This document shows positions 25,923-39,102 of a stretch of 64,000 nt of DNA, in pieces. Within the stretch, counting starts at the first letter, position 1, and each line of letters opens with the position of its first letter. The notes beneath the pieces are model-generated. The model searched no databases. It was not told where the DNA came from and saw only the letters and a list, made by a program, of their open reading frames with translations. This stretch comes from Eledone cirrhosa (Eukaryota): contig OZ024761.1 of NCBI GenBank assembly GCA_964016885.1, positions 21,576,001-21,640,000 of the forward strand, in the 5' to 3' direction. The position numbers and the translations under genes were made by a program.

Positions 25923-26094
25923 GTAAGGAACTCTTACTTTCATCTATTAACCTAGTAGCTTCAGCCATAGTCCCTGGCATTGCAGCCTGCAATACAGGAG
26001 ACAGGAAGATAAGCAAATACCAGGGCTTGTCCAGCTGCTTCCTGTTGCTGTCAGGCTGTGAGCTGTAATGACTGGGGACTCTATCAGTAATAAT

Positions 26095-26280
26095 TGTTTC
26101 TACTTTTGGCACAAGGCCAGCAATTATCCAGTGTATTACTGGAACTTTATTTTATCAACCCTGTAAGGATGAAAGGCAAAGTTAACCTTGGCGGGATTTG
26201 AACTCAGATTGGCAAGGGCCGTAACTCTATGCGTCAAAGCATGGCATCCGACCCTCTACCGATACTGCCAATCCACCGCC
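26095..26280 (-). mobile_element. Full-length Meta-like SINE with 14-bp TSD
   Basis: TSD CTATCAGTAATAAT at 26081-26094 and 26281-26294; A and B boxes on -. Confidence 0.85.
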
Positions 26281-26551
26281 CTATCAGTAATAATGTCAAT
26301 AAACATATGAGACCCAACTTCATTAGGAGGCCACACTATACCTACATAGGTGTTTCTGTAAGTTCAATTACCAATATACTCTAATATATGCAGAGAAATA
26401 TGTGACTAAAATGGGGGGTGGGTAGCTTATACAATGTATTGATTAGCTGCTCCGGCTTATAAATGGAGTTTCAATTTGTGCCCATTTGCCAGACATAAAA
26501 TAGGGGGTCGGCTTATATTTAACCCTTTAGCATTTACATTACTCTATATAT

Positions 26552-26866
26552 CATCATCATCAGGTCGAGCTTGCTCAGCTTTCTACGACACATTTCCTCC
26601 ATCCATCTCTGTCTCTCATAGCGTTTGCCAGTTCTTCCACAGTGCATCCAGTATCGTCCTCAAGTTGCTTGACGTATGTCTTCTTGGGACGACCAGCGTA
26701 TGCTCCGTGCTGCTTTAAACGTGTCTTGGAGGGAACACCCAACAAATAAGGGCAGTATACCACCTATCAGCAGGTCAATACTTGGACAGAGGCTCAGATT
26801 TGCTGGCCACTGTTGGCGCAGCAAGGAAGAAATAGCAGGTGATGTGTTGTTATGGAGTCCATCTCA
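26552..26866 (-). mobile_element. RTE/RTE-X-like LINE 3' fragment with 5' inversion, inserted in a family A MITE
   Basis: TSD ACTCTATATAT (26541-26551 and 26867-26877). The 3' part with its (ATG)n tail is on -; the upstream part RMLRAALNVSW...RLRFAGHCWR is on +. Confidence 0.85.
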
Positions 26867-27146
26867 ACTCTATATATACTATTGTATTTTCATGGTAAAG
26901 GCTTTATCTCACATAATATCGAATCTATGAGATTTTGATATTTATTTTGAGAATAATACCTTAACATCAGTATGAGTGGTCAGTTACGGCGGGTTTGAAC
27001 AGAAAGAGGGGAGAAAATTCTGGCCAGATATGGCTGGTTTAAATGCTAAAGGGTTAAGATAGACTTATATTCAGCTTGGCTTATATTTAAGTATATACAG
27101 TAGTTTCAATTTAGTGTAAAACTTGAGAAATATTTCCGTTTGCCAG

Positions 27147-27324
27147 GTTTGGAAATGAAGCTGCTAGAAAGCCATGGATTTGCAATATTTGATGGTGAAC
27201 AGTTCCAATTTCAGACCAGCACTTACAAAGTAGTCACCCTCCTTAAAGCTTTCTGGCGCTATGGTAACGACTTACAGAGAATTGCCAACTGGATTGATGA
27301 TTTAATTACCAAAAAATTTAGCAG
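27147..27324 (+). CDS. PCYOX1: Prenylcysteine oxidase, exon 3
   Basis: tgccag|GT...AG|gtgagt; FAIFDGEQF...FWRYG...KFSR. Confidence 0.92.
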
Positions 27325-28020
27325 GTGAGTTTTTTTTTTGTTATTTTGTGTGAAGTTTGTTTTTTTAATCTTTTACATGTTTTAGCTTGTTAAAACTAAG
27401 TAAAAAGTAAATTAAAGGGCAGTTAACTTCTGATGTATTCATCATCATCATCATCGTTTAATGTCTATCTTCCACGCTAGCATGAGTTAGGCGGGAATTG
27501 TCCCACTTGAGGCAAGATTGGTCGGGTGACCGTGTCTCGCTCGTATAGGACTATCTGGCAGGTTTTCTACGGCGGGATGCCCTTTAACACCAACCACATT
27601 TACAGCACCATCCCAGCATGTGGCCTGTCTTGGGCATTTTAAGTATGGCAGGGTTTATCCCCTCTCCACATCGGTGACACATGATAAAGAGATAGAGTGT
27701 ATGTTGGAGATTTCATAAGAAATATGGCCACAGAAGGGTTAATATGACTGTATTATTACTTAACTGGCCACTTATACTGATGTTAAGGTATTGTTCTCAA
27801 AATAAATAATATCAAAATCTCATAGATTTGATATTATGTGAGATAATTATTTACCATGAAAATATAATAGTAAATATAGAGAAATGTGAATGCTAAAGGG
27901 TTAAGGGAAATCTAGCTGTTATTTCTAACATGTTCAGTGATCATAGAGGTACTTGCAGTCATCCATCAGGCTGTTTTGTTTGACTTAGCTAACATTCAGG
28001 TTTTTAATCTCTTTAATCAG

Positions 28021-28229
28021 GATCTACAACCACCAGATAAATGGTTATGCCTTCACCACTGTGAAAGATCTGTTGCTATCCATGGACAACTTAATGCTGA
28101 ACTTAACCACCAGACCATTAGAAGAAACCCTAAAAGAAATGGGCTTTTCTGATCGCTTCATTGCAGAGCCTGTCACTGTGGCCGTCCGAACAAATTACGG
28201 CCAGACTGTTGGTATTCAGTCTCTTGCTG
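28021..28229 (+). CDS. PCYOX1: Prenylcysteine oxidase, exon 4
   Basis: aatcag|G ATC TAC; IYNHQINGYAFTTVKDLL...GFSDRFI...RTNYGQ; donor G|gtgagt. Confidence 0.93.
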
Positions 28230-28429
28230 GTGAGTTTTTAAGCCCCTTTTATCACTAAGGAGATAGCAAGTGATGTTGATTATGTGGGAGCCAAACAGGG
28301 GTAGAAGGAAAAGAAATGACTTTGATAGTGTACTGGAAGATAGTGAAGTTGATAGTGGAGGAGAGGTGAGAATGGTGATGATGGAGAGAGAGAGCTTTGT
28401 AAAAACAGATTGGTGACTTGGCAGTCAGC

Positions 28430-28765
28430 ATAGATAGATAGACAGGTAGATAGATAGATAGACAGGTAGATAGATAGACAGGTAGATAGATAGATAGACA
28501 GGTAAATAGATAGATAGACAGGTAGATAGATAGATAGACAGGTAGATAGATAGATAGACAGGTAAATAGATAGATAGACAGGTAGATAGATAGACAGGTA
28601 GATAGATAGATAGACAGGTAGATAGATAGATAGACAGGTAGATAGATAGATAGACAGATAGATAGATAGATAGACAGATAGATAGATAGATAGACAGATA
28701 GATAGATAGATAGACAGGTAGATATATAGATAGACAGGTAGATAGATAGATAGACAGATAGATAT
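28430..28765. repeat. (GATA/GACA)n microsatellite
   Basis: tagatagataga/caggtaga units. Confidence 0.95.
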
Positions 28766-29665
28766 ATTTCTTTATTAGCCACAGGGGCACAAAAGAAGGG
28801 GACAAATACAAAGGGGGAAGTTTACATACAATAAAAACGTGTAAAATGTTATCACAGATGGAATTTAAAAGTTAGTCGATTTTCCCCAATAGAGGGAGAC
28901 AGTTTACATGGGTAACACATACCCCCGAAAAAAATGTGCAACCCTCATCTCCAGGAGTACGAAGAGCTTGTACTCCTTTCCTCTCCTCCTCCTTTTCCTC
29001 AATCTACAGGCTGATATAGATAGACAGATAGATAGATAGATAGACAGGTAGATAGTAACATAACTAACATTGTTATTATTGAACTGCTGTTTGGAACATA
29101 ACTTAACAAAGGTTCTCATGAAATTATGGTGGAAGGTTTTTTCAGACAAATATAAACATCATCATCATCATCTTTTAACTTCTATCTTCCACGCTAGCAT
29201 GGGTTAGATGGGAATTGTCCCACTTGAGGCAAGATTGGTCGGGTGACCATGTCTCACTTGTATAGGACTGTATCTGGCAGGTTTTCTACGGCTTGATGCC
29301 CTTCCTAACACCAACCACATTTACAGTGTGGACTGGGAGCCTTTTTACCATGTTACCTACACGGCCACATTACAGCGTGGACTGTGTGTTTTTTTTGTCG
29401 TGACACCTACACAACCTCATTAGTTTGGACCTGGATGTTGTGGTACCAACAACCTTACAGAGAAAGGAGTGGTGTTGGAGGGAGTGGGAGGATGGAGTAG
29501 GGGTAGTGGGTTGGGGTGTATGTTTGGTTAAGAGGGGCCTACTGACTCTAGGTTAACTTTGCATGTAGGGAAGGCAGGTCTTCTGTTTTTACATTACCTT
29601 TTCCATGCATGAAAGAGTTTAATGTGTAACATATGTTAAACCATTATATTTTGTTACTGTTTCAG

Positions 29666-30435
29666 GGTTCATTTCCTTGGCTGGTATGCAACCCGGCTTG
29701 TTTGCTGTTGAAGGTGGAAATAAGCGCGTGGCTGAGGGATTGTTAGGGGCATCTAAGGCCAACCTTGTTGATTCCAAAGTCAAGAAAATCTCCTTGTTAA
29801 AGGAACACGACTCCATTCAGTACGAGCTATTCCACATACCTCACAACTCAGATGATCAGAGCTCCATGCAAAGTCACATATACGATGTTGTAATTATCGC
29901 CATGCCTCTCCATCAGGATAGCAAAGACATTGAATTCGAAGGGTTTACAACGCCAATGTCTTATGGCCAACCTTTTCACCGAACTGTGGCGACATTCATC
30001 GAGGGAGTTGTCAACTCGTCATTTTTCAATTCTGAAGCTGAAGGCGACCTTCCAAACAGCATTCTGGTTAACACAGAACCATACTTCATAAACTCAATTA
30101 CTAGGAAACGGAAGAACCTGTGGAAGGTCTTCTCCCGGCAGCTCCTCAGCGAGAATGAGAAGAATCTGTTGTTTAAAAGTATCGAGAAAACGACGGTGTA
30201 TGACTGGCTGGCTTACCCGGCTTATAGTTCATCTCAGAAGTTACTTCCCTTTGTTCTTCATGATCAGCTTTACTATGTCAATGCCATGGAGTCGGCAGTC
30301 TCGACCATTGAAACCAGCGTTATTGCTGCTAGAAATGTGGCACTACTTGCCAAAAATCACTGGTTCAATCTCTTTGATTATATTGATGAAATACCAAACG
30401 AATCGGACGGAAATAAATTAAAAGCTGAATTGTAA
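29666..30435 (+). CDS. PCYOX1: Prenylcysteine oxidase, exon 5 (last); full protein 481 aa ending KAEL
   Basis: ttcag|GG; SLAG...AVEGGNKRV...YDVVIIAMPL...WKVFSR...DWLAYPAY...LYYVNAMESAVSTIETSVIAARNVALL; total CDS 1446 nt in frame. Confidence 0.95.
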
Positions 30436-30719
30436 CCATTTATAAACAAAAAAAGAAAAACATTTTCTTTTTCAACTCTTCACCCAGAAAGGCTGGTATT
30501 TCTATTTTAGTAGATTTTTATTCAGTTTTTTTTTTGTTTCAACTGGTAGACTTAACTTTTCTCTTCTTTTTCTACCAGTATGTTTCTTTTTTTGTTTTGT
30601 TTTTTCTATGTATCAAGGATCAAATTTAGAGTGAGGAGAAAGAAAAAAAAAATGTGGGATTCCTTAAAGTGGGTTCAGGTCTTTAAACTGGCTCCAGGCC
30701 ATCCAAATGACACTGACTA

Positions 30720-31076
30720 AGAGACTGCAGGCTGCCAAGGACCAGAGGTGTGTTTACACTGCTCAGCTAAAGTGACATTATCAGACTGCCAAGGACCAGA
30801 GGTATGTTTACACTGTCTAGCTAAAGTGACACTGATTAACAGACTGCAGGCTGCCAAGGACCAGAGGTGTGTTTATACTGCTCAGCTAAAGTGACATTAT
30901 CAGACTGCAGGCTGCCAAGGACCAGAGGTGTGTTTACACTGCCCAGCTAAAGTGACATTATCAGACTGCAGGCTGCCAAGGACCAGAGGTGTGTTTACAC
31001 TGCCCAGCTAAAGTGACATTATCAGACTGCAGGCTGCCAAGGACCAGAAGTGTGTCTTCATTGCTCACCTAAAGTG
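30720..31076. repeat. 61-bp tandem repeat x~6
   Basis: Unit cagactgcaggctgccaaggaccagaggtgtgtttacactgcccagctaaagtgacattat. Confidence 0.9.
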
Positions 31077-31191
31077 CGTTCCATTTTTTATGTCAATGTG
31101 CAGCAGCTGTGACTTCAGTCTTACATAGTATTTTTACGGCTGTTCTTTTTTTTTTTTCTGGTCACCCATCCCAGCGACACACCACTCGTTG

Positions 31192-32484
31192 CCCAGATGT
31201 CTGTACAGCCAGTCTCCAGATCTCTGTATGACCAGTCTCCAGATGTCTGTACAGCCAGTCTCCAGATCTCTGTATGACCAGTCACCAGATCTCTGTATAA
31301 CCAGTCTCCAGATCTCTGTATGACCAGTTACCAGATCTCTGTATGACCAGTCACCAGATCTCTGTATGACCAGTCTCCAGATCTCTGTATGACCAGTCTC
31401 CAGATCTCTGTATGACCAGTTACCAGATGTCTGTATGACCAGTTACCAGATGTCTGTATGACCAGTCTCCAGATCTCTGTATGACCAGTCACCAGATCTC
31501 TGTATGACCAGTCTCCAGATCTCTGTATGACCAGTTACCAGATCTCTGTATGACCAGTCTCCAGATCGCTGTATGACCAGTCACCAGATGTCTGTATGAC
31601 CAGTTACCAGATGTCTGTACAGCCAGTCTCCAGATCTCTGTATGACCAGTTACCAGATCTCTGTATGACCAGTCTCCAGATCGCTGTATGACCAGTCTCC
31701 AGATCTCTGTATGACCAGTTACCAGATGTCTGTATGACCAGTTACCAGATGTCTGTATGACCAGTTACCAGATGTCTGTACAGCCAGTCTCCAGATCTCT
31801 GTATGACCAGTTACCAGATGTCTGTACAGCCAGTCTCCAGATCTCTGTATGACCAGTCACCAGATCTCTGTATGACCAGTCTCCAGATCTCTGTATGACC
31901 GGTCACCAGATCTCTGTATGACCAGTCTCCAGATCGCTGTATGACCAGTCTCCAGATCTCTGTATGACCGGTCACCAGATCTCTGTATGACCAGTCTCCA
32001 GATCTCTGTATGACCGGTCTCCAGATCTCTGTATGACCGGTCACCAGATCTCTGTATGACCAGTCTCCAGATCTCTGTATGACCGGTCTCCAGATCTCTG
32101 TATGACCGGTCACCAGATCTCTGTATGACCAGTCTCCAGATCGCTGTATGACCAGTCTCCAGATCTCTGTATGACCGGTCACCAGATCTCTGTATGACCA
32201 GTCTCCAGATCTCTGTATGACCGGTCTCCAGATCTCTGTATGACCGGTCACCAGATCTCTGTATGACCAGTCTCCAGATCTCTGTATGACCGGTCACCAG
32301 ATCTCTGTATGACCAGTCTCCAGATCGCTGTATGACCAGTTACCAGATGTCTGTATGACCAGTCACCAGATCTCTGTATGACCAGTCTCCAGATCGCTGT
32401 ATGACCAGTTACCAGATGTCTGCACAGCCAGTCTCCAGATCTCTGTATGACCAGTTACCAGATGTCTGTACAGCCAGTCTCCAG
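31192..32484. repeat. 23-bp minisatellite, ~56 copies
   Basis: Unit ccagatctctgtatgaccagtct, with tca/tta/cgg variants. Confidence 0.95.
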
Positions 32485-34328
32485 TTGTCCTGGTGATACC
32501 TCTTCCCCTCACTCAACCCTCCTCTCCGCCCAAATTTAGATTTTTTTTCTTTTTGTATTTGCAATTGGTGCCTTTATCCTTAATTAATTTCTCTGCTAAT
32601 TATTCCCCCCTCACCCCCACATCTGTTAAATGGATGGCATTCTAGTCAGTCAGAAATAGAGCTTCTGATGATGTTGTTATTGTTGTTGATGTTGTATGAC
32701 AGTGTTAGTGATGTTGGTTGTTAAGGTTTAGATCTTGGTCTTGTATGATTCCTGAGTGACTGGGATCAGGTCCTTATTATTTATAAGGCTGATTAAGCTA
32801 TGGGCCATACAGGGATTTGGGGACCCATCGTTAAATACCTGAAAGTCTAAGGGACCCATTGTGAGCACTGATTAAAATACTTAACAAGCAGTTTGAAATG
32901 GGGCCTGTATTTCATGGCTAGCCTGGGATTGTTACCAGCTTTGCCAGTCCCTACATTTCACATCTGGCTAGGGGCTGTTACCAGCTTTGCCAGTCCCTAC
33001 ATTTCACATCTGGGTAGGGTCTGTTACCAGCTTTGCCAGTCCCTACATTTCACATCTGGGTAGGGTCTGTTACCAGTGAAGCTGTCTTCCAAATATTATA
33101 TTTCATATTTCATTTTGAGTTCAAATCTCGCCAAGGTTAACTTTGCCTTTCATCCTTACGGGGTCGGTAAAATAAAGTACCAGTAATACACTGGGATAAT
33201 TGCTGGCCTTGTGCCAAAGAGTAGAAACAATTATATTTCATATTGCCTCATGTAAAAAATTAAAATATGTTATGTTTTGCAATAGAACTAAACCCTGGAG
33301 CCAGAGTTGTCTCCATTTGACTAGCTGGAAAAAGAATTTCATTTTTTTTTTTTTCATTTAACCCTTTAGCATTACATATACTGATGTATTTTCACAGTAA
33401 AGGCTTTACCTTACATAATATCTCACATAACATTTACATTACTCTATATATACTAATGTATTTTCACAGTAAAGGCTTTACCTTACATAATTATCTCATA
33501 TGATATCAAATCTATGAGATATTGATATTATTCATTTTGAGAACAATACCTTAATATCAGTATGAGTGGCTAGATACGGCCAGTTTGAACAGAAAGAGGT
33601 GAGAGAATTCTGGCCGGATGTGGCTGGTTTCAATGTTAAAAGGTTAATTAATTAAGGATGTTTAGTCGAACACTAGCAGAAGGCACCTTTTTCTTTATTA
33701 ACTTTGAAATCGTGAAATACAGAGTTGACTGTGGTGGGATTTGAACTCAGCACTCAGAGAACCAGAACAAATACCACAAATCATTCTATCCAACATTGAA
33801 TGATTCTGCCAATGTGTTGCCTTGTTTACTGCATAAAACATGAAATAGCAAATAACTTAACTGCTATCAATAACTCTCTAGCTATCAATTATATCTTCTG
33901 TCTATCTATTTATCAATCTATCCATCCATCATCATCATCATCTTCGTTTAACGTCCATTTTCCACGCTAGCATGGGTTAGACGGGAGTTGTCCCACTTGA
34001 GGCAAGGCTGGTTGGGTGACCGTGTCTCGCTCATATAGGACTATCTGGCAGGTTTTCTACGGCTGGATGCCCTTCCTAACACCAACCACATTTACAGTGT
34101 GGAACTGGGAACTTTTTACCGTGTTATCAATCTGTCTGTCTATCTATCTGTCTGTCTGTCTGTCTGTCTGTCTGTCCATCTATCTGTCTGTCTGTCTGTC
34201 CATCTATCTGTCTGTCTGTCTGTCCATCTATCTGTCTGTCTGTCCATCCATCTATCTGTTAACTATATATTCAGTCTATCTGTCTATATTTTATCTTTCT
34301 ACATTTTATTTATTATTTTTTCTTTTAC

Positions 34329-34640
34329 ATTGTCACAATAAAATACACCCAGTACACTCTGTAAAGTGGTAGTGTTGGTGTCACAATAAAATACACCCAG
34401 TACACTCTGTAAAGTGGTAGTGTTGGTGTCACAATAAAATACACCCAGTACACTCTGTAAAGTGGTAGTGTTGGTGTCACAATAAAATACACCCAGTACA
34501 CTCTGTAAAGTGGTAGTGTTGGTGTCATGATAAAATACACCCAGTACACTCAAGTGGTAGTGTTGGTGTCACAATAAAATACACCCAGTACACTCTGTAA
34601 AGTGGTAGTGTTGGTGTCATGATAAAACACACCCAGTACA
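34329..34640. repeat. 48-bp tandem repeat x~6.5 derived from a SINE segment
   Basis: Unit tgtcacaataaaatacacccagtacactctgtaaagtggtagtgttgg; its reverse complement matches the SINE segment at ~55233-55260. Confidence 0.85.
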
Positions 34641-34737
34641 AAGTGACTAGTCTCAGGAAGGGTGTCCACTGTAGGAAACCCTGACAAAATATTGAATGTA
34701 TGAAAAAATATGGTCTCTTTAACTGTTTTCTTTTTTA

Positions 34738-35717
34738 GTCTCAGACTGTGACAACCTGTATGACCCCTTGTCTCAGACTGTGACAACATATATGACCCCT
34801 TGTCTCAGACTGTGACAACATATATGACCCTTGTCTCAGACTGTGACAACATATATGACCCCTTGTCTCAGACTGTGACAACCTGTATGACCCCTTGTCT
34901 CAGACTATGACAACATATATGACCCCTTGTCTCAGACTGTGACAACCTGTATGACCCTTGTCTCAGACTGTGACAACATATATGACCCCTTGTCTCAGAC
35001 TGTGACAACATATATGACCCTTGTCTCAGACTGTGACAACCTGTATGACCCTTGTCTCAGACTGTGACAACATATATGACCCCTTGTCTCAGACTGTGAC
35101 AACCTGTATGACCCTTGTCTCAGACTGTGACAACATATATGACCCCTTGTCTCAGACTGTGACAACATATATGACCCTTGTCTCAGACTGTGACAAGCTG
35201 TATGACCCTTGTCTCAGACTATGACAACATATATGACCCCTTGTCTCAGACTGTGACAACCTGTATGACCCTTGTCTCAGACTGTGACAACCTGTATGAC
35301 TCCTTGTCTCAGACTGTGACAACCTGTATGACCCTTGTCTCAGACTGTGACAACATAAATGACCCCTTGTCTCAGACTGTGACAATATATATGACCCCTT
35401 GTCTCAGACTGTGACAACCTGTATGACCCCTTGTCTCAGACTATGACAACCTGTATGACCCCTTGTCTCAGACTGTGACAACATATATGACCCCTTGTCT
35501 CAGACTGTGACAACCTGTATGACCCCTTGTCTCAGACTGTGACAACATATATGACCCCTTGTCTCAGACTGTGACAACCTGTATGACCCCTTGTCTCAGA
35601 CTGTGACAACATATATGACCCCTTGTCTCAGACTGTGACAACATATATGACCCTTGTCTCAGACTGTGACAACATATATGACCCCTTGTCTCAGACTGTG
35701 ACAACATATATGACCCT
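34738..35717. repeat. 31/32-bp minisatellite, ~31 copies
   Basis: Unit gtctcagactgtgacaac(at/ct)(a/g)tatgaccc(c)tt. Confidence 0.95.
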
Positions 35718-36069
35718 TTCCAGAATGGAATATGGTCGTAAAAGGATGATGAAATTGTTGAAGTCTGTATATAAATGTGTGTGTGAGAGTTTTACCTCCA
35801 TTTTCCATACAGGTAATATCTCCTCGTAAGACCCTTGTCTCAATCTGTGAAACTCTGCCAGCTCTATTGTATTAAAACATCACTGACAATATTTCTGTAT
35901 CTGCTATTGTTTGGAAACTTGTAAATATTTATAACATATCATTTGGAATAAAATAAACAAATTTATACTTTATTATTTTTATCTTTTTTTTTTTTTTTTT
36001 TTTTTTTTTTGATTTATATTTATTTGAAAATGTGAGAGACTAGTTTTAAATGTAGATTGAAAATAACTG

Positions 36070-37015
36070 AAGTGGTGTGTAAGAGAGAAGACTGCTCTGG
36101 TACAGACGTGATGTGCATAGATGATGATCACTGGGTGAAGAAGTGCCAGGAAATGGCAGTGGAAGGAAGTTGCAGTAGAAGTAGACCAAGGTAGACCTGG
36201 GCAGAGGTGGTGAGAGCTGATCTCAGTAGAGGTAGACCAAGGAAGACTGGGGAAGAGGTGGTGAGAGCTGATCTCAGTAGAGGTAGACCAAGGAAGACTT
36301 GGGCAGAGGTGGTGAGAGCTGATCTCAGTAGAGGTAGACCTGGGGAGAGGTGGTGAGAGCTGATCTCAGTAGAGGTAGACCAAGGAAGACTTGGGCAGAG
36401 GTGGTGAGAGCTGATCTCAGTAGAGGTAGACCAAGGAAGACTTGGGCAGAGGTGGTGAGAGCTGATCTCAGTAGAGGTAGACCAAGGAAGACTTGGGCAG
36501 AGGTGGTGAGAGCTGATCTCAGTAGAGAGGTAGACCAAGGAAGACTTGGGCAGAGGTGGTGAGAGCTGATCTCAGTAGAGGTAGACCAAGGAAGACTTGG
36601 GCAGAGGTGGTAAGAGCTGATCTCAGTAGAGGTAGACCAAGGAAGACTTGGGCAGAGGTGGTGAGAGCTGATTTCAGTAGAGGTAGACCAAGGAAGACTT
36701 GGGCAGAGGTGGTGAGAGCTGATCTCAGTAGAGAGGTAGACCAAGGAAGACTTGGGCAGAGGTGGTGAGAGCTGATCTCAGTAGAGAGGTAGACCAAGGA
36801 AGACTTGGGCAGAGGTGGTGAGAGCTGACCTCAGTAGAGGTAGACCTGGGGAGAGGTGGTGAGAGCTGATCTCAGTAGAGGTAGACCTGGGGAGAGGTGG
36901 TGAGAGCTGATCTCAAATCGCTAAGACTCACAGAAGAGATACGAAGGAACACGGCTTATGGAGAGATGTGCTGAAAAAAACTCATCCAACCCATGCAAGC
37001 TTGGGAAAAAATGCA
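36070..37015 (+). mobile_element. RTE LINE 3' fragment with internal 51-bp tandem amplification (36174-36915)
   Basis: The unit encodes SRGRPRKTWAEVVRADL; the flanks continue as the LINE; an unamplified version is at 38110-38367. Confidence 0.88.
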
Positions 37016-37247
37016 TGTGTAAACTATGTGGGTGTGTGGTATGAACTGTGTGAGGTATAAATTGTGTGTTTGTATGTCAGTTATAGGCTGTGTATTTGTC
37101 TGTATGTCAGTTATAAACTGTGTCTGTGTGTCTGTTATAAACTGTGTGTATTTCACTTTTCATTTCTGACTGAATAAAACTTAGTATTTTTTAAATATTT
37201 AAATATCTCGGCCACATAAATGTTTAAAGCCCGCGGGTTTTATTACA

Positions 37248-37323
37248 CAGGGTGTCCCAAAAATATATATACACATTATTAGAATGCTGTTGAAGTGTGT
37301 ATACATTTCTGGGGGACACCCTG
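37248..37323. mobile_element. Tiny Tc1/mariner-like MITE
   Basis: TIR CAGGGTGTCCC...GGGACACCCTG in a TA context; related pieces at 50255-50420. Confidence 0.65.
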
Positions 37324-37923
37324 TATATTATTTTGTCACGTTATGTAGTCTGTGTACAGTATTTACAGTTAATTGCTTTCAATACATTCCAATTATATAT
37401 TTAATTTGTTTAAATATATATTTATTGTCTTTCAGTAATATTTGACAATTATTAGAGTCTTTTATTCATTACTTTTTCTTTGTTTGTGTGTCACTGTGTG
37501 AGTGTGTAAATTTTATGGAATTACATACTATATATATAGAGATAATATATGTGTGTGTGTGTGTGTGTGTGTGAGACAGCTCACACCTATGTGTGTGTGT
37601 GAGACAGCTCACACCTATGTGTGTGTGTGTGACAGCTCACACCTATGTGTGTGTGTGTGACAGCTCACACCTATGCAGGTTTAGCTGGCCTCCTCCAAGG
37701 TATATCTCGTAATGAGTAAACTGGAGCAACGTGAAATAAAGTGTCTTGTTCAAGGAAACAACACATTACCCGGTCTGAGAATTGAACTCACAACCTTTCA
37801 ATTGCAAGCCCAATACTCTAACCACTAAGCCATGTGCCTCCACATATATATTTATGTGTGTGTGTGTGTGTAGAATAAGAAAATGTGAAGTAGTTTCAGA
37901 TGTTAAAGTCCCTTATTGATAAG

Positions 37924-37998
37924 GCTGTAATACATATTTCGATGACGACAGTGGCTACGTGACTCCTCCTAACCAGTGCCATGATCCCATCAGACAGC
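37924..37998 (-). ncRNA. Hammerhead motif, degenerate core (CTGATGG)
   Basis: Homolog of 6522-6596 with the same stem I GCTGT/ACAGC. Confidence 0.6.
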
Positions 37999-38099
37999 TT
38001 CTTACATAATAAGGTTATGTTCCCAATGCAATCCAAATTGAAATGACAAGGGAACGGGCAAAGATGTTCTTGAAGCCTTCACCTGTTTCCTATATATAT

Positions 38100-38367
38100 C
38101 ATCATCATTTTACGTCCGCTTTTCCCTGCTTGCAAGGGTGGGACGGGTCTTATTCAGCACAGCATCTCTCCACTTGTCACAGTCCTTCGTCATCTCCTCC
38201 GTGAGCTTCAGCGATCTGAGGTCAGCTCTCACCACCTCCGCCCATGTTTTTCGTGGTCTTCCTCTACCACGTCTTCCTTCTACTGGCATTTCCTGGCACT
38301 TCTTCACCCATCGGTCATCCTCCATGCGCATCACATGTCCATACCACCTCAGTCTCCTCTCTCGCAT
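38100..38367 (-). mobile_element. RTE LINE 3' end
   Basis: RERRLRWYGHVMR...GRPRKTWAEVVRADL...ASREKRT* followed by an (ATG)n tail. Confidence 0.9.
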
Positions 38368-39102
38368 ATATATATATATATTTATATGTATATTTATATC
38401 AAATTACAAAGTGAAGTTAAAGACTCACAATCATCCCCTATAAGTTAATGAGCTTAAGGAACAGATTCCGGGCTCTTTATAAATCAGTATATAGGGAGAA
38501 GTACATATAGAGATATGTGTTCAATCATAGGTAGTTTTAAATCCCCTATGATTGAACACATATCTCTGTGTATGCTTCTCTCTATATACTGATATATAAA
38601 AATATATATATTCGCCACAGTAAAAAGCACCCAGCACTCACTGTAAATGAGGTTGGTGTTAGGAAGGACATCCAGCTGTAGAAATCAAACCAGAATCAGT
38701 TCTGTATGAGCAAAACACACACACACACACATATATATAATAGTAGAACACTGCAGAGTTATGTTATATCTGTAGTAGTAGAGCACTCAATCCATAGGAC
38801 GAGTTTGGTAGTAGTTCCACAACAGTTTATAGATCTGCATAAGGTGAAACATTTGTTCTCGGTATAGTGAACTAACTGTTGTAGAACTATTTATATATAT
38901 ATATATATATCATCATCATCATTTTACGTCCGCTTTTCCCTGCTTGCAAGAGTGGGACAAAGAAGGTATGGTAAGAAACCAGGTGGACCAAAATGCACCA
39001 GAGTACTCGATACTTAGAGTAGAGTGGGATCTAGCTGTCGAAACGGCCGGAGCTCAGCCGTCGGGGTCCTGACTCTTCCTATATATATATATATTTATAT
39101 AC

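Noticed and set aside
16956-35717. Regular arrays as possible CRISPR loci
   Set aside because: They are head-to-tail tandem units with no unique spacers and no cas genes, in eukaryotic DNA
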